Shown: positions 40,195 to 53,800 of the stretch, piece by piece
How positions within the stretch are numbered: the first letter of the stretch is position 1
Layout of the letters: each line of letters opens with the position of its first letter
Assembly (NCBI GenBank): GCA_963741955.1
Contig: CAVUKB010000001.1
Coordinates: 32,001 to 96,000, forward strand
Direction: 5' to 3'
Source: an uncultured Acidobacteriota bacterium
GTDB taxonomy: Bacteria; Acidobacteriota; Thermoanaerobaculia; Gp7-AA8
Length of the DNA: 64,000 bases
Made by a program: the position numbers and the translations under genes
Notes under the pieces: model-generated
What the model was told of the DNA's origin: nothing
What the model saw: only the letters and a program-made list of their open reading frames with translations
The model's database searches: none

Positions 40195-41045
40195 GGAGCA
40201 TACCTCACGACGTCCGACGGGATCTTGCGGGTGTGAAGCACCAGGACGTCTTCCAGACTTCCGAAGTCGACCAGGGGCTGGCAATGGACGTTCTTGAACA
40301 GATCGCTCCCTTCCGCGACCTTGTCCACCCGCGCGATGGGAATTCCTTTCGGAAAGATTCCGTCCGTTCCGGCCGTCACGATGAGGTCGCCTCGTTTGAC
40401 GTCGCTGAGCGAGGGGACGTAGAGCATCTGCAGGCCCCCTTCGCCGTCTCCGCGGATCACTCCCTGGCGTCTGGTGCGGTCGATCAGAGCACCGACTGCG
40501 GAATTCGCGTCGATCACGAGCTGGATCTTCGAGAGATCTCTCGTGGTCAGTACCACTCGTCCCACCACACCGGAGGGATTCACCACCACGTCATTGACCG
40601 CGATCCCTTTGTCCGATCCCCGATCGACGATGATCGATTTGAAGATTCCGGCGGTGTCGATCATCACCACCTGGGTGAGCATGGACGGAATCTGCAGCTG
40701 CTCTGAGTAAGAGAGGATCGAGCGGACCCGGGAGAGATCCTCGTACGACCGCTGGAGGATCAGATTCTCCTTGGTCAGTTCGGCGAGCTGGCGGCGCAGC
40801 CGCACGTTCTCAGCGACGGCACGGCGCATGTCGATGTACCCGTGATACACGTCCGACGCTGATTGACCGATCCGGTTCACGGTCCGGGGAATGGGGGAGA
40901 AGACCGTCATCACCATGCGCTCGAACATGGTGCGGGTGTCTCCGACCACTCCGCGGGTCTGGTGACTCGCGCTCATGACCAGGAACAGACCTGCCAGCAC
41001 GATCACGAGGAGAAGTGTGGGGCGTCTCTGTACGGCTACCTGCAT
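40191..41045 (-). CDS. mreC: rod shape-determining protein MreC
   Basis: N-terminal TM and coiled coil; IIVDRGSDKGI, GVVGRV, TAGTDGIFPKGIP. Confidence 0.93.
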   Translation of the reverse strand: MQVAVQRRPTLLLVIVLAGLFLVMSASHQTRGVVGDTRTMFERMVMTVFSPIPRTVNRIGQSASDVYHGYIDMRRAVAENVRLRRQLAELTKENLILQRSYEDLSRVRSILSYSEQLQIPSMLTQVVMIDTAGIFKSIIVDRGSDKGIAVNDVVVNPSGVVGRVVLTTRDLSKIQLVIDANSAVGALIDRTRRQGVIRGDGEGGLQMLYVPSLSDVKRGDLIVTAGTDGIFPKGIPIARVDKVAEGSDLFKNVHCQPLVDFGSLEDVLVLHTRKIPSDVVRYAP

Positions 41046-41168
41046 CGCTATCGCGTCGGGAGGAGCACTCTGACTGCTCTCCCGGAGCTTCCTTCCGAAG
41101 ATTCCGAAAACCGGGCGACAACCAGGGCGGCCCGCAAAGAGCGGCCGCCCGACTGTCTGCGATGCCGA

Positions 41169-42290
<1,122 letters not shown>

Positions 42291-42296
42291 TTATTT

Positions 42297-43739
42297 CTAG
42301 TCCTCGACGCGGACTTTTTCGCTCTGAATCGTGGCGTTGCCGGCCGCGTCGACCGCCTTCACCACGACGGTGTTCCATCCGACCTTGTCGAACGAGATGA
42401 GTTTCTGGAATGACCCGTCCGACGAGACGTCCTTGCATTCTTCGTCATTGATGAAGAGGGAAGCGCCCGGTTCCACCTTCCCCTCGATCATATAGTACTG
42501 ACCACCGATCTTGAATGGACGCTTGAGCTCGAGAGTCGGTGGCGTCGTGTCGGCCTCGCTCGAAGAGGTCGAAGCCCCCAGACCGGTGACCCGGAACCTG
42601 CGGAACGACGAGAAGGGGCCGACGTCGCCCTTCGGGCTGACCGAGGCCACGCGCCAGTAGAAGGTCCCTTCGCTGGTCACCTTCGCCGTCGCGTTCGTCG
42701 TGCTCCGTCGCGCGTCGATCTCGAGGTTCGAGAAGAGCCGCGATCGAGAGACCTGCAGCTGGTAACCGGCGGCGTCCGGTACGGTGGCCCAGGCCATCTG
42801 GACGGTGAAGTTCGGTGTCGCCTGGAAGACCTGGTTGTCGGACGGCGACACCAGCGCCGGGGGAGTGATGTAGAGGCTCACGGCGGAGAGCCGGCCCGCA
42901 TCCGTCGCCTCGACTTCCTGTCCGGAGCTCAGCTGGATCGCTCCCCCGCCGGAAGAGGGCATGATGGAGGAGTTGCCTTTCAGTGCGACGATCTTCGTCT
43001 GCTGACGCGCGTCCACGCCGACCTGGGCCGCCGATTCGGAACCCACCGTCACCTGACTTCCCGGGGTCTTCACCGTCGATTCGTCGTCCGCCGTGTTGAT
43101 CGCAACCGATCCGACTTTCATCTGCACCGCGTTCTGCTTCTTGCTGGTGGCCGGATTGATCGTCGAGTAGATCTCGAGGAGTGCGTCGGGACCCACGGTG
43201 TAGAGCGAACCGTTCGAGAAGATCAGTTCCGCCGAAGAGCCTTCACCCGTCTTGACCCAGTCGCCGTTGTAGAGGAGGGTTCCGGGGTCGGCTCTCCTGA
43301 AATCACCTCCCGCGGACTTCTGGAACTGGACGTTTCCCTCCACGGTGACGAATTGTGCGTCCTGCTCCTGTCCTCCGGGCTGCCGGGCCAGCGCAGCTCG
43401 GGTGATCGTCTGCGATTCGACCGCTGCTGTTTCCGCTTCGGGATACTTGTTGCCCGAATAAAGCGTGCGGGCTTCGGCCAGTTTCGCGTTGCCCCGGTCG
43501 AACTCGGAGCGGAACGAGTTGAAGTCTTTCGATGCAGCGAGATCGTTCAGGGCCTTCTGGGCGTCACTGATGGCATTTTCCGCCCGCCGCTGAGGATTCT
43601 TCCGGTCGAAGTTGTAGTAGAGATAGCCGCCCGTGGCGACGAGCACGACCAGCACCGCCAGGCCGATCTGTTTGAGCCGATCAATCGAGATCAGATACCA
43701 GTCGATGTCGGCGGTCGTCTCTTTCGGTCTTTTCGCCAT
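42297..43739 (-). CDS. membrane-anchored FecR-like domain protein with C-terminal Fn3/Ig-like domains
   Basis: TM anchor; LYNGDWVKTGEGSSAELIFSNGS; YQLQVSRS..FYWRVASV. Confidence 0.7.
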   Translation of the reverse strand: MAKRPKETTADIDWYLISIDRLKQIGLAVLVVLVATGGYLYYNFDRKNPQRRAENAISDAQKALNDLAASKDFNSFRSEFDRGNAKLAEARTLYSGNKYPEAETAAVESQTITRAALARQPGGQEQDAQFVTVEGNVQFQKSAGGDFRRADPGTLLYNGDWVKTGEGSSAELIFSNGSLYTVGPDALLEIYSTINPATSKKQNAVQMKVGSVAINTADDESTVKTPGSQVTVGSESAAQVGVDARQQTKIVALKGNSSIMPSSGGGAIQLSSGQEVEATDAGRLSAVSLYITPPALVSPSDNQVFQATPNFTVQMAWATVPDAAGYQLQVSRSRLFSNLEIDARRSTTNATAKVTSEGTFYWRVASVSPKGDVGPFSSFRRFRVTGLGASTSSSEADTTPPTLELKRPFKIGGQYYMIEGKVEPGASLFINDEECKDVSSDGSFQKLISFDKVGWNTVVVKAVDAAGNATIQSEKVRVED

Positions 43740-44079
43740 TTTTCCGCGGAAATGTGGAGTGGAGCGCGTTCGCTGAACCGGACAACCGGTTATAGCACGG
43801 CAATTTGCGCCTCAGCAATGGGAATCCGCGTGCCGGTGGCCAAATTCCTCGGTCCGGAACGGAGTCCGGGAAAGAGCGGCGGCGAAATGATTCGGCGTCA
43901 CAGCTGTTTATCCAGCCTGGGACCGTTGTCACGAGCTGGCGGGGCGCGATTGCGGTCCGCTCGTCGATTCGATTAAACTGCCGCGATTTTCCGAGCCGTT
44001 CCTCAAGGTCCGCCGCGAAATCCAGAACGTTACTCGGCCGGACCGGCTCTCGAGCCGGCCCTTCGGAGGTTCAGTTTCC

Positions 44080-46014
44080 ATGCTCAAGTTGATGCGCGAC
44101 AGCTTCAAGCACCTGAAGTGGATTCTCGTGTTCATCGTCTTTCTCTTCGTGCTCCTGGTTTTCGTCGACTGGGGTGGTGGCGGTGCGCGCTCAGCCGGTC
44201 CGCAGGCTTTCGCGGCTCAGGTCAACGGCGACACCATCTCCCTTCAGGAGTACGCGCGATCGTTGCAGAACTTCGAGGACCGCTACCAGCAGGTCTACGG
44301 TCAGCCGCTCACTGAACAGATGCGTCAGGCCCTCGGCATCCGCCAGCAGGTTCTCAACGGTCTGATCGACGACACTCTCCTTCTTCAGGAGGCGGATAAG
44401 CTCGGGCTCACCGCTTCCAAGGAGGAAGTCCGCAAAGCGGTCCTCGAGATTCCGGTGCTGAATCCCGACGGGAAGTTCGTCGGCGCGGAGCTCTACTCGC
44501 GCTACGTCACCACGCGCCTCGGTTACCCCTCCTCCGCCGCGTTCGAGCAGGACCTCCGCCGGAGCCTCACGCTCCAGAAGATGAACGACGTCGTCCTCAG
44601 TTCCGTCGTCGTGCCGCCGGCACTCGCGCGCGAAGAGTATCGCCGGAGGAACGAGACGGCGAGCATCCGGTACGTCCTCCTGCCGGCACAACAGGTGGCC
44701 GCGCAGGTCTCGCTCACCCCGGCCGAGGTGCAGTCCTACTACAACGAGCATGCTTCGAGCTACTCGCATCCGGAGCAGCGGAGGATCAATTACCTCCTCG
44801 CCGACGTGAGCAAATTCCGCTCGAACGTGGACGTTTCGGAAGACGCGCTCCGGCAGGCCTACGACAAAGACAAAGAGAAGTTCCGCTCGCCGGAATCCGC
44901 TCACGTCGAGCACATTCTGATCAAACCCGAGCCGAACGATGCTGCCGCCAGGCAGAAGGCGGAAGAAATCGTTCAGAAGCTCCGCAACGGTGCCAGTTTC
45001 GCCGAGTTGGCGAAACAGTATTCGGCAGATCCTGGTTCTGCAGCGAAAGGGGGAGATGTCGGCTGGATCACCAAGGGCCAGACGGTGAAGCCGTTCGAAG
45101 ACGCGGCGTTCTCTCTTCCGATCGGAACGATCAGCGATCCGGTCAAGTCCCAGTTCGGCTATCACATCATCAAGGTCGACGAGAGAAGAGCCGCCGGCTA
45201 TCGCCCGCTCGACGAAGTGAAGCCGGAGCTCCGGATGGAGCTCGCCGAGGAGCAGGCAGAGAGCAATGCACGGGAAGCGATCTCCGAAGTCCGCGCAAAG
45301 CTCGATCAGGCCAAGGTGACCAAAGCCGAAGAGGTCCGGAAGTTCACGACCGACCGCGTCACGTTCAACACCACTCCCTGGTTCAACCAGAACGCACCGG
45401 AGATTCCGGGCGTAGGGAGCGAGCCCGACCTGACCAAGTGGGCATTCTCCGCGAAGCCGGGCAGCATGGGTCCGGTAATGCAGTCGCAGCGCGGCCCGAT
45501 CATTCCGTTCGTGGAAGCCGCGCGCGAGGCCGGCGTTCCGCCACTGGCCGAGATCCGCGACAAGGTCGAGCAGGACGCGAAGATCTCCAAGGCGCGGGAG
45601 AAAGCCGCTGAGACGCTCGCCGCCGCGATGAAGAACGCCGCGTCGCTCGACGAGCTCGGGAAGTCCGCCTCCCTCACGCCGGTGGAAGCAACCATCAGTT
45701 CGAGCGGAGGCGTGGCCGGTCTCGCCGGCAACGTGCAGCCGCTCGAATCCGCGGCTCTGAATGCCCCGACCGGCAAAGTCAGCGGTCCGGTGGTGATCGA
45801 CCAGGGAGCGGTCGCGTTCGAAGTGACCTCACAGAAGAAGATCACCGACCAGGAGTGGGCGAAGATGAAGGACACCTTCACCAGGTCGGTCCGGCAGACG
45901 GAAGCACTCAAGTTGCGCCAGTCACTCCTGGCGAAGATGCGTCGTGACGCGAAGATCGACGTGAACCAGACGGTGCTCCAGTCGCCGGCGGAACAGTCGC
46001 AGCAGAATGGCTGA
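44080..46014 (+). CDS. ppiD: PpiD/SurA-family periplasmic chaperone with parvulin PPIase domain
   Basis: N-terminal TM, VNGDTIS, EHILI, FAELAKQYSADPGSAAKGGDVGW, FGYHIIKV. Confidence 0.88.
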   Translation: MLKLMRDSFKHLKWILVFIVFLFVLLVFVDWGGGGARSAGPQAFAAQVNGDTISLQEYARSLQNFEDRYQQVYGQPLTEQMRQALGIRQQVLNGLIDDTLLLQEADKLGLTASKEEVRKAVLEIPVLNPDGKFVGAELYSRYVTTRLGYPSSAAFEQDLRRSLTLQKMNDVVLSSVVVPPALAREEYRRRNETASIRYVLLPAQQVAAQVSLTPAEVQSYYNEHASSYSHPEQRRINYLLADVSKFRSNVDVSEDALRQAYDKDKEKFRSPESAHVEHILIKPEPNDAAARQKAEEIVQKLRNGASFAELAKQYSADPGSAAKGGDVGWITKGQTVKPFEDAAFSLPIGTISDPVKSQFGYHIIKVDERRAAGYRPLDEVKPELRMELAEEQAESNAREAISEVRAKLDQAKVTKAEEVRKFTTDRVTFNTTPWFNQNAPEIPGVGSEPDLTKWAFSAKPGSMGPVMQSQRGPIIPFVEAAREAGVPPLAEIRDKVEQDAKISKAREKAAETLAAAMKNAASLDELGKSASLTPVEATISSSGGVAGLAGNVQPLESAALNAPTGKVSGPVVIDQGAVAFEVTSQKKITDQEWAKMKDTFTRSVRQTEALKLRQSLLAKMRRDAKIDVNQTVLQSPAEQSQQNG

Positions 46015-46405
46015 TCCCGTGACGGAGATCCTCGGGAGATCCGCCGAGCCGGCCATCAAGGTTCTGATGATGCCGCGCGATACGAACGCGCACGGCACCA
46101 TCTTCGGCGGAGTGATCCTCTCCTACATCGACCAGGCCGGCGCGATCGAGGCGCGCCGGCAGGGATTGCGCCAGATGGTCACGGTGGCCATGGACCGGGT
46201 CGTGTTTCACGAGCCGGTCTACGTCGGTGACCTGGTCAGCTTCTGGACCGAGACCATCCGGATCGGGAACACCTCGATCACCATCAAGGTGGTGGTGAAG
46301 GCGCAAAGGACATCCAACCCTTCGCAGGTAGTCACGGTGACCGAAGCGCAGGTGGTGTACGTCAACATCGACGGGGAACGGAAGCCGACACCGATCGAAC
46401 GATGA
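46007..46405 (+). CDS. acyl-CoA thioesterase (hotdog fold, YciA-like)
   Basis: MPRDTNAHGTIFGGVILSYID, FHEPVYVGD, IGNTSI. Confidence 0.92.
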   Translation: MADPVTEILGRSAEPAIKVLMMPRDTNAHGTIFGGVILSYIDQAGAIEARRQGLRQMVTVAMDRVVFHEPVYVGDLVSFWTETIRIGNTSITIKVVVKAQRTSNPSQVVTVTEAQVVYVNIDGERKPTPIER

Positions 46406-46520
46406 TCCGAGACCGGTGTATCGGGATCGGGAATGAAGCATTGATCGAAGGCCGGGCCTTCCGCGTATCTGGAGACATGACCCCGGCGGTGACTCTGAAC
46501 CTCGAATTCCGAATCCGTTT

Positions 46521-47857
<1,337 letters not shown>

Positions 47858-47861
<4 letters not shown>

Positions 47862-48817
47862 GAGGCGAGGAGCCCGAGGTCGATGTTGCCGCCGGAGACG
47901 ACGATCGCCACCGCTCCTTTCGGCTTCACTTTGCCAGTCAGGAGTGCGGCGATGCCGAGGGCGCCGGTCGGCTCGATGAGGAGCTTGGTCCGGTAGACGG
48001 CGTACTTCACGCTCTCGAGGAGCTCGGAGTCGTCGACGGTGAGGATGTCCTTCACCCGCTGTCGGATGATGGCGAAGTTGCGCTCGCCGATCGATGTCGT
48101 GCGCGCGCCGTCGGCGATCGTGTCGGGAGGGTCTATGGCGACGATCCGCCCTTCGCGGAACGATCGCTGCCCGTCGTTTCCAGCCAGCGGCTCGACGCCG
48201 TAGATCTCCGCATCCGGAAGTAAAGATCCGGCCCCGATCGACGTGCCGGCGAGGAGTCCTCCTCCGCCGAGTGGCACCAGGATCGTTCCGACGTCCGGCC
48301 ACTCCTCGGCGATCTCCAGTCCCACCGTGCCGGCACCGGAGATGATCCGTTCGTCGTCGAACGGAGGGATGAGGAACGCCCCCGTCTCCGCCACGATCCT
48401 CTTCGCCGCCTCGCCCCGGGTCGCTGCCGTGATGCCGCTCTGGACGACCTTCGCTCCGTATCCTTTCGTCGCCTCGACTTTGGAGGCCACCGAGTTCTCC
48501 GGCATCACGATGGTGGCAGGAATGCCGAGGATTTTCGCGGCGAGTGCGACACCCTGGGCGTGGTTTCCGGAGGAGAAGGCGACCACGCCGCGCGAGCGCT
48601 CCGCGGCGGGGATCTGCAGGAGTGCGTTCAGCGCACCGCGGATCTTGAACGAGCCGGCGCGCTGGAGGTTTTCGCATTTGAGCCGGACTTCGACTCCCGC
48701 GCGCTCGGAGAGGGAGCGGGAGGGGAGAAGGGGAGTCCGGTGAACGTGCGGCGCGATGCGCGCGGCCGCCTCGCGAACCTGGTGGATGGAGACGGGGGGG
48801 GGTTCTGGTGCGCTCAC
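47858..48817 (-). CDS. threonine/serine dehydratase (serine racemase-like, PLP-dependent)
   Basis: KCENLQRAGSFKIRGA, SSGNHAQG, LGGGGL, VSGGN. Confidence 0.92.
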
Positions 48818-49025
48818 GATGGGGAAGTATAAGGGTTGTGCGTTCCGGGAGGCGGGTTGCCGGATGCGGGAGGGGCACGGGCTGAACGTTCCGCTGAAAC
48901 GGTCGAGCCCGACGGATGCTCGTTCTTCTCCGAGCCCCGTCGCTCTCCCGGCTCGTAGCTGGCCCGCAGACTCCCGGGAGTCTGCGCTCCGCAGACTCCT
49001 AGGTCCCCGGAAACGGAGGACTTAT

Positions 49026-49054
49026 TTGACTTGCAACGCGTGGGGGAGTATCTT
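49026..49054 (+). promoter_or_regulatory. sigma70-type promoter
   Basis: TTGACT-17 bp-TATCTT upstream of the 49114 gene. Confidence 0.6.
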
Positions 49055-49113
49055 TTGGCCGATCGGTAAACTCCCGACGTGCCACGGTCATCATGGGGTT
49101 GGAGGTGTGGGTC

Positions 49114-50712
49114 ATGTGGAGATGGATAACCCGCGGCCTGATGTTGAGTTGCCTACTGGCGCTCCTCACGCCTGTGCTCTCTGCGCAGACGTTCGCAGGA
49201 TTCATAGAGAAGCCCGCCGAAGGGGCCACCGTTTCCGGAATGGTGCTCGTTCAGGGGTGGGCGATCGACCAGCAGCAGATCTCGAAGGTGGATCTGTTCG
49301 TGGACGATCAGTTCCAGCACTCGGCGGAGATCAATCTGCCTCGAGTGGACATCATCGAGGCGAACCCGACCTGGCCCGGAATCCAGAGCAAGCTCCCCGG
49401 ATTCCAGACCGGCTTCCTCGCCAGTCGCTTCTCGAACGGACCCCACACGGTCCACGTGATGGTCACCACGAGTGACAATCAGACCTACGAGGTGGGGCGT
49501 CGCACGGTCACGGTCGACAACACGATCAACCAGCCTCCGTTCGGCTTCGTCGAGACGCCGGATACGTCGTCGATCGTGGATACCGTCGGATCGTTCCCGG
49601 TGAGCGGATGGGTGACGGACACGGACGGGATCGACCACGTCGACGTTCTGGTGGACGACCTGAATCTGCAGGGCGCGGTGTACGGCGACGCGAGACCAGA
49701 CGTCTCGAACTCCTTTCCGGATTTCCCCGCCGCGATGTTCAGCGGCTTCGTAGCGTTCGTCGACACCACCCGGATCCAGGATGGTGTTCACACCCTCTCG
49801 ATCCGCGCCACTGACAGGCAGGGACTCTCGCGGGTGATCGGGAAGCGGAACATCCAGGTGTACAACACCGAGAACCAGCTCCGGCCATTCGGACACGTCG
49901 ACCAGCCGCTCAGGGATGCGGTGCTCTACGGCAACTGCGCGAGCGCGGCGCCGCCGATCTCGCCGGTTCCGGCCAGCCCGGGGAACCACATCACACCGGT
50001 CACCGGATGGACTCTCGATCTCGGCCACCGTGCCGATCTCGGCCGCGTCTCGTACGTCGAGCTCATGGTCGACGGAGTGCCGTGGTACTCGAGCGATCAG
50101 TGCGGCTACTACAAGGACTTCGGCGGCTTCGTGAACTGCTACGGCCTCCCGCGGTTCGACGTGGCGCGGCTGTATCCGAACTACCCCGACTCTCCGCGCT
50201 CCGGCTTCATGTTCACCCTCGACGTCGCGACACTCATGACGATGGGCGTTCCGGCCGGACATCACACGCTCAAAGTGCGCGTCGGTGATCAGGAGCAGAC
50301 GTTCGCGGACATTCCCGACACTTCGGGGATTCCGGTCTTCTTCACCTGCACCAACAGCGAGTTCTTCGACTTCGCATCGCTCGGCTACATCGACTTCCCG
50401 CACTCGATGGACTACGTGAAGGGAACCATCGATCTCACGGGATGGGCGATCGACGAGAACGCCGGGGTGAGAACGGTCAAGATCATCATCGACGGCAACT
50501 ACATCGGGAACGCGCAGTACGGAATGGTGCGTACCGATGTCCAGTCGGCCTATCCCTTCATCAACGGGAGCAAGACCGCGGGCTGGCGCTTCACGCTCGA
50601 CACCACGCTGCTGAGCGACGCACGCCATCGGCTCACGGTGCAGACCATCGACGCGTTCGGCAACACGTCCGAGATCGGCTCGATGGACTTTTACGTCGAC
50701 AATCCGCAGTAG
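49114..50712 (+). CDS. secreted protein with four tandem Ig-like (Big-like) repeats
   Basis: Signal peptide; four repeats of G[FHY][IV][ED]xP...GW[AVT]xD...RxD[VI]...P...G[FW]; GGAGGT RBS. Confidence 0.8.
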   Translation: MWRWITRGLMLSCLLALLTPVLSAQTFAGFIEKPAEGATVSGMVLVQGWAIDQQQISKVDLFVDDQFQHSAEINLPRVDIIEANPTWPGIQSKLPGFQTGFLASRFSNGPHTVHVMVTTSDNQTYEVGRRTVTVDNTINQPPFGFVETPDTSSIVDTVGSFPVSGWVTDTDGIDHVDVLVDDLNLQGAVYGDARPDVSNSFPDFPAAMFSGFVAFVDTTRIQDGVHTLSIRATDRQGLSRVIGKRNIQVYNTENQLRPFGHVDQPLRDAVLYGNCASAAPPISPVPASPGNHITPVTGWTLDLGHRADLGRVSYVELMVDGVPWYSSDQCGYYKDFGGFVNCYGLPRFDVARLYPNYPDSPRSGFMFTLDVATLMTMGVPAGHHTLKVRVGDQEQTFADIPDTSGIPVFFTCTNSEFFDFASLGYIDFPHSMDYVKGTIDLTGWAIDENAGVRTVKIIIDGNYIGNAQYGMVRTDVQSAYPFINGSKTAGWRFTLDTTLLSDARHRLTVQTIDAFGNTSEIGSMDFYVDNPQ

Positions 50713-50734
50713 CTGTGTGAACCTCCTGGACCCG

Positions 50735-50768
50735 AAAGACCCGGTCCCAGGGCCGGGTCTTTTGTTTT
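50735..50768 (+). terminator. intrinsic terminator
   Basis: AAAGACCCGG...CCGGGTCTTT followed by a T-rich tail. Confidence 0.8.
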
Positions 50769-50846
50769 CTGAAGACGAATGCAGAATGCAGAATGCAGAG
50801 TGCAGAATTCAGAATTGAGAAGTGAGTCGAGGCGGCTGTCGTCCCT

Positions 50847-53800
50847 GCATGTTCTCCCGTCAGCCGAAGCTCGTGGCTCTCGCGCGGCCTCACCCTCTCC
50901 ACGTCCGCACTCACGAACTTCAGCCGAGGACCGAGGTTCGGGGAGAGGGCAGGGTGAGGGGCAACCCTGAAAGTTGATCTCGCAGATCTCGCCTCTCGCA
51001 CGTTCTCCCGTCAGCCGAAGCTCACTGCTCTCGCGCGGCCTCACCCTCTCCACGTCCGCACTCACGAACTTCAGCCGAGGACTGAGGTTCGGGGAGAGGG
51101 CAGGGTGAGGGGCAACCCTGAAAGTTGATCTCGCAGATCATGCCTCTCGCACATTGTCCCGTCAGCCGAAGCTCACTGCTCTCGCGCGGCCTCACCCTCT
51201 CCACGTCCGCACTCATGAACTTCAGCCGAGGACCGAGGTTCGGGGAGAGGGAAGGGTGAGGGGCAAGCCTGAAAGTTGATCTCGCAGATCATGCCTCTCG
51301 CACGTTCTCCCGTCAGCCGAAGCTCACTGCTCTCGCGCGGCCTCACCCTCTCCACGTCCGCACTCACGAACTTCAGCCGAGGACCGAGGTTCGGGGAGAG
51401 GGAAGGGTGAGGGGCAACCCTGAAAGTTAGTCTCGCAGATCGTGCCTCTCGCACGTTGTCCCGTCAGCCGAAGCTCCCCGCTCTCGCGCGGCCTCACCCT
51501 CTCCACGTCCGCACTCATGAACTTCAGCCGAGGACCGAGGTTCGGGGAGAGGGAAGGGTGAGGGGCAACCCTGAAAGTTGATCTCGCAGATCGTGCCTCT
51601 CGCACGTTGTCCCGTCAGCCGAAGCTCCCCGCTCTCGCGCGGCCTCACCCTCTCCACGTCCGCACTCATGAACTTCAGCCGAGGACCGAGCTTCGGGGAG
51701 AGGGAAGGGTGAGGGGCAAGCCTGAAAGTTGATCTCGCAGATCATGCCTCTCGCACGTTGTCCCGTCAGCCGAAGCTCCCCGCTCTCGCGCGGCCTCACC
51801 CTCTCCACGTCCGCACTCATGAACTTCAGCCGAGGACCGAGGTTCGGGGAGAGGGAAGGGTGAGGGGCAACCCTGAAAGTTAGTCTCGCAGATCATGCGA
51901 TCACACATCGCGCCGTTCTCACGGTTCATCGCCACACGTTGCCAAGCGTTCTTCCCCTCACCCCCTGGCCCCTCTCCCCGAATTGCGATTTCGGGCTGAA
52001 GTTGTTTCGTTACGGACGGGGAGAGGGGAGTGCGACCCTCGCGAGTGCGAATCGACTGCGGCTACGGGAGCGGACCCAAGATTCGGACATCTCTTAGCCC
52101 TCGCCCTCTCCACGTCCGCACTCACGAACTTCAGCCGAGGACCGAGTTTCGGGGAGAGGGAAGGGTGAGGGGCAACCCTGAAAGTTGATCTCGCAGATCT
52201 CGCCTCTCGCACGTTCTCCCGTCAGCCGAAGCTCGTGGCTCTCGCGCGGCCTCACCCTCTCCACGTCCGCACTCATGAACTTCAGCCGAGGGCCGAGGTT
52301 CGGGGAGAGGGAAGGGTGAGGGGCGACCCTGAAAGTTAGTCTCGCAGATCGTGCCTCTCGCACGTTGTCCCGTCAGCCGAAGCTCCCCGCTCTCGCGCGG
52401 CCTCACCCTCTCCACGTCCGCACTCATGAACTTCAGCCGAGGACCGAGGTTCGGGGAGAGGGAAGGGTGAGGGGCAACCCTGAAAGTTAGTCTCGCAGAT
52501 CGTGCCTCTCGCACGTTCTCCCGTCAGCCGAAGCTCGCGGTTCTCGCGCGGCCTCACCCTCTCCACGTCCGCACTCATGAACTTCAGCCGAGGGCCGAGG
52601 TTCGGGGAGAGGGAAGGGTGAGGGGCAACCCTGAAAGTTGATCTCGCAGATCTCGCCTCTTGCACGTTCTCCCGTCAGCCGAAGCTCGCGGTTCTCGCGC
52701 GGCCTCACCCTCTCCACGTCCGCACTCATGAACTTCAGCCGAGGACCGAGGTTCGGGGAGAGGGAAGGGTGAGGGGCAACCCTGAAAGTTGATCTCGCAG
52801 ATCATGCCTCTCGCACGTTCTCCCGTCAGCCGAAGCTCACTGCTCTCGCGCGGCCTCGCCCTCTCCACGTCCGCACTCACGAACTTCAGCCGAGGGCCGA
52901 GCTTCGGGGAGAGGGAAGGGTGAGGGGCAACCCTGAAAGTTAGTCTCGCAGATCGTGCCTCTCGCACGTTCTCCCGTCAGCCGAAGCTCCCCGCTCTCGC
53001 GCGGCCTCACCCTCTCCACGTCCGCACTCATGAACTTCAGCCGAGGACCGAGGTTCGGGGAGAGGGAAGGGTGAGGGGCAACCCTGAAAGTTGATCTCGC
53101 AGATCGTGCGATCACACATCGCGCCGTTCTCACGGTTCATCGCCACACGTTGCCAAGCGTTCTTCCCCTCACCCCCTGGCCCCTCTCCCCGAATTGCGAT
53201 TTCGGGCTGAAGTTGTTTCGTTACGGACGGGGAGAGGGGAGTGCGACCCTCGCGAGTGCGGATCGACTGCGGCTACGGGAGCGGACCCAAGATTCGGACA
53301 TCTCTTAGCCCTCGCCCTCTCCACGTCCGCACTCATGAACTTCAGCCGAGGACCGAGGTCGGGGAGAGGGAAGGGTGAGGGGCAACCCTGAAAGTTGATC
53401 TCGCAGATCATGCCTCTCGCACATTGTCCCGTCAGCCGAAGCTCGTGGCTCTCGCGCGGCCTCACCCTCTCCACGTCCGCACTCACGAACTTCAGCCGAG
53501 GACCGAGGTTCGGGGAGAGGGAAGGGTGAGGGGCAACCCTGAAAGTTAGTCTCGCAGATCGTGCGATCACACATCGCGCCGTTCTCACGGTTCATCGCCA
53601 CACGTTGCCAAGCGTTCTTCCCCTCACCCCCTGGCCCCTCTCCCCGAATTGCGATTTCGGGCTGAAGTTGTTTCGTTACGGACGGGGAGAGGGGAGGGCG
53701 ATCTTCGCGAGCGCGGATCGACTGCGGCTACGGGACGATCCAGGATTCAGGCGTTCCGTACATCTCACCCTCTCCACGTCCGCACTCATGAACTTCAGCC

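Noticed and set aside
49058-49105. c-di-GMP-I riboswitch (GGTAAAC start)
   Set aside because: Lacks the GNRA tetraloop, the GCAAA/receptor element and a second stem; region is too short
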